From Clostridiales bacterium (GTDB taxonomy: Bacteria > Bacillota > Clostridia > Christensenellales > CAG-138): a stretch of 34,916 nt of DNA. The DNA lies in assembly GCA_003486785.1 (NCBI GenBank), contig DNFZ01000090.1:1-34916 (forward strand), written 5' to 3'. A model generated the notes under the pieces. That model was not told the origin of the DNA. It made no database searches and worked only from the letters and a program-made list of their open reading frames with translations. Made by a program: the position numbers and the translations under genes. Below, one piece after another: positions 34,615 to 34,916 of this stretch (positions are counted from its first letter, which is position 1; every line of letters starts with the position of its first letter).

Positions 34615-34916
34615 GAAAACCACCCTCGCTCTTTCGGTAATCCAGATGCTTCTCTGGTTCATATATACCCATCAGATGCGCTCAGAATAACACAAAGCCC
34701 GCCTGTGGCAAAGTAAATTTCCCATGATTTTTTCAAGAATTCCGGCCAGAAATGCCGCGTTCACAAAAAATTCATAAATTATACTGTCACAAAGAGGCGC
34801 TTTCGACCGTCTTATAAGCAGAACGACATTCCGCGGACGGGACGAGCGCACAAGACGGATCTGGTACATCCGCTTGCGCGATCATTTCTGACCGTTGGGA
34901 GACGGCTGATTCAGCC

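Noticed and set aside
34672-34869. 65-aa minus-strand ORF upstream of the MBL hydrolase gene
   Set aside because: It has no RBS and no recognisable motif, and it lies in the AT-richer 5' leader/promoter region of the hydrolase gene. It is probably non-coding.

Overview
Visibly GC-rich, Clostridia-like chromosomal segment made up almost entirely of housekeeping and metabolic genes. I found no tRNA or rRNA genes, CRISPR array, transposase or integrase, or recognisable defence or toxin system.

Gene order:
1. Tail of a YtfQ-like sugar-binding protein gene, then a complete CUT2-type sugar ABC importer: lipoprotein SBP, double-ABC ATPase and two permeases.
2. carA, then a 1348-aa carB ORF whose last 279 aa are a complete diaminopimelate epimerase.
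3. Minus-strand operon: marR plus two half-transporter genes forming a heterodimeric ABC exporter with one degenerate ATP site.
4. A D-2-hydroxyacid dehydrogenase.
5. A non-coding array of about six tandem 39-40-bp repeats.
6. A HutC/GntR regulator directly followed by the purine operon: purE, purC, purF, purM, a purN + PurO-like IMP cyclohydrolase fusion, an AICARFT-only purH, purD, and large purL.
7. Minus-strand OmpR-type two-component system and thiamine pyrophosphokinase.
8. A DEDDh exonuclease, a Cys-rich double-CCG protein, a GNAT acetyltransferase and an MBL-fold hydrolase.

The items most worth follow-up are the two seamless, linker-free gene fusions (CarB-DapF and PurN-PurO), the tandem repeat array with an alternating two-variant structure, and the GntR gene with a perfect palindromic operator at the head of the pur operon, which has no promoter or riboswitch of its own. 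All calls rest on reading the ORF translations and the DNA by eye; no database search was possible.
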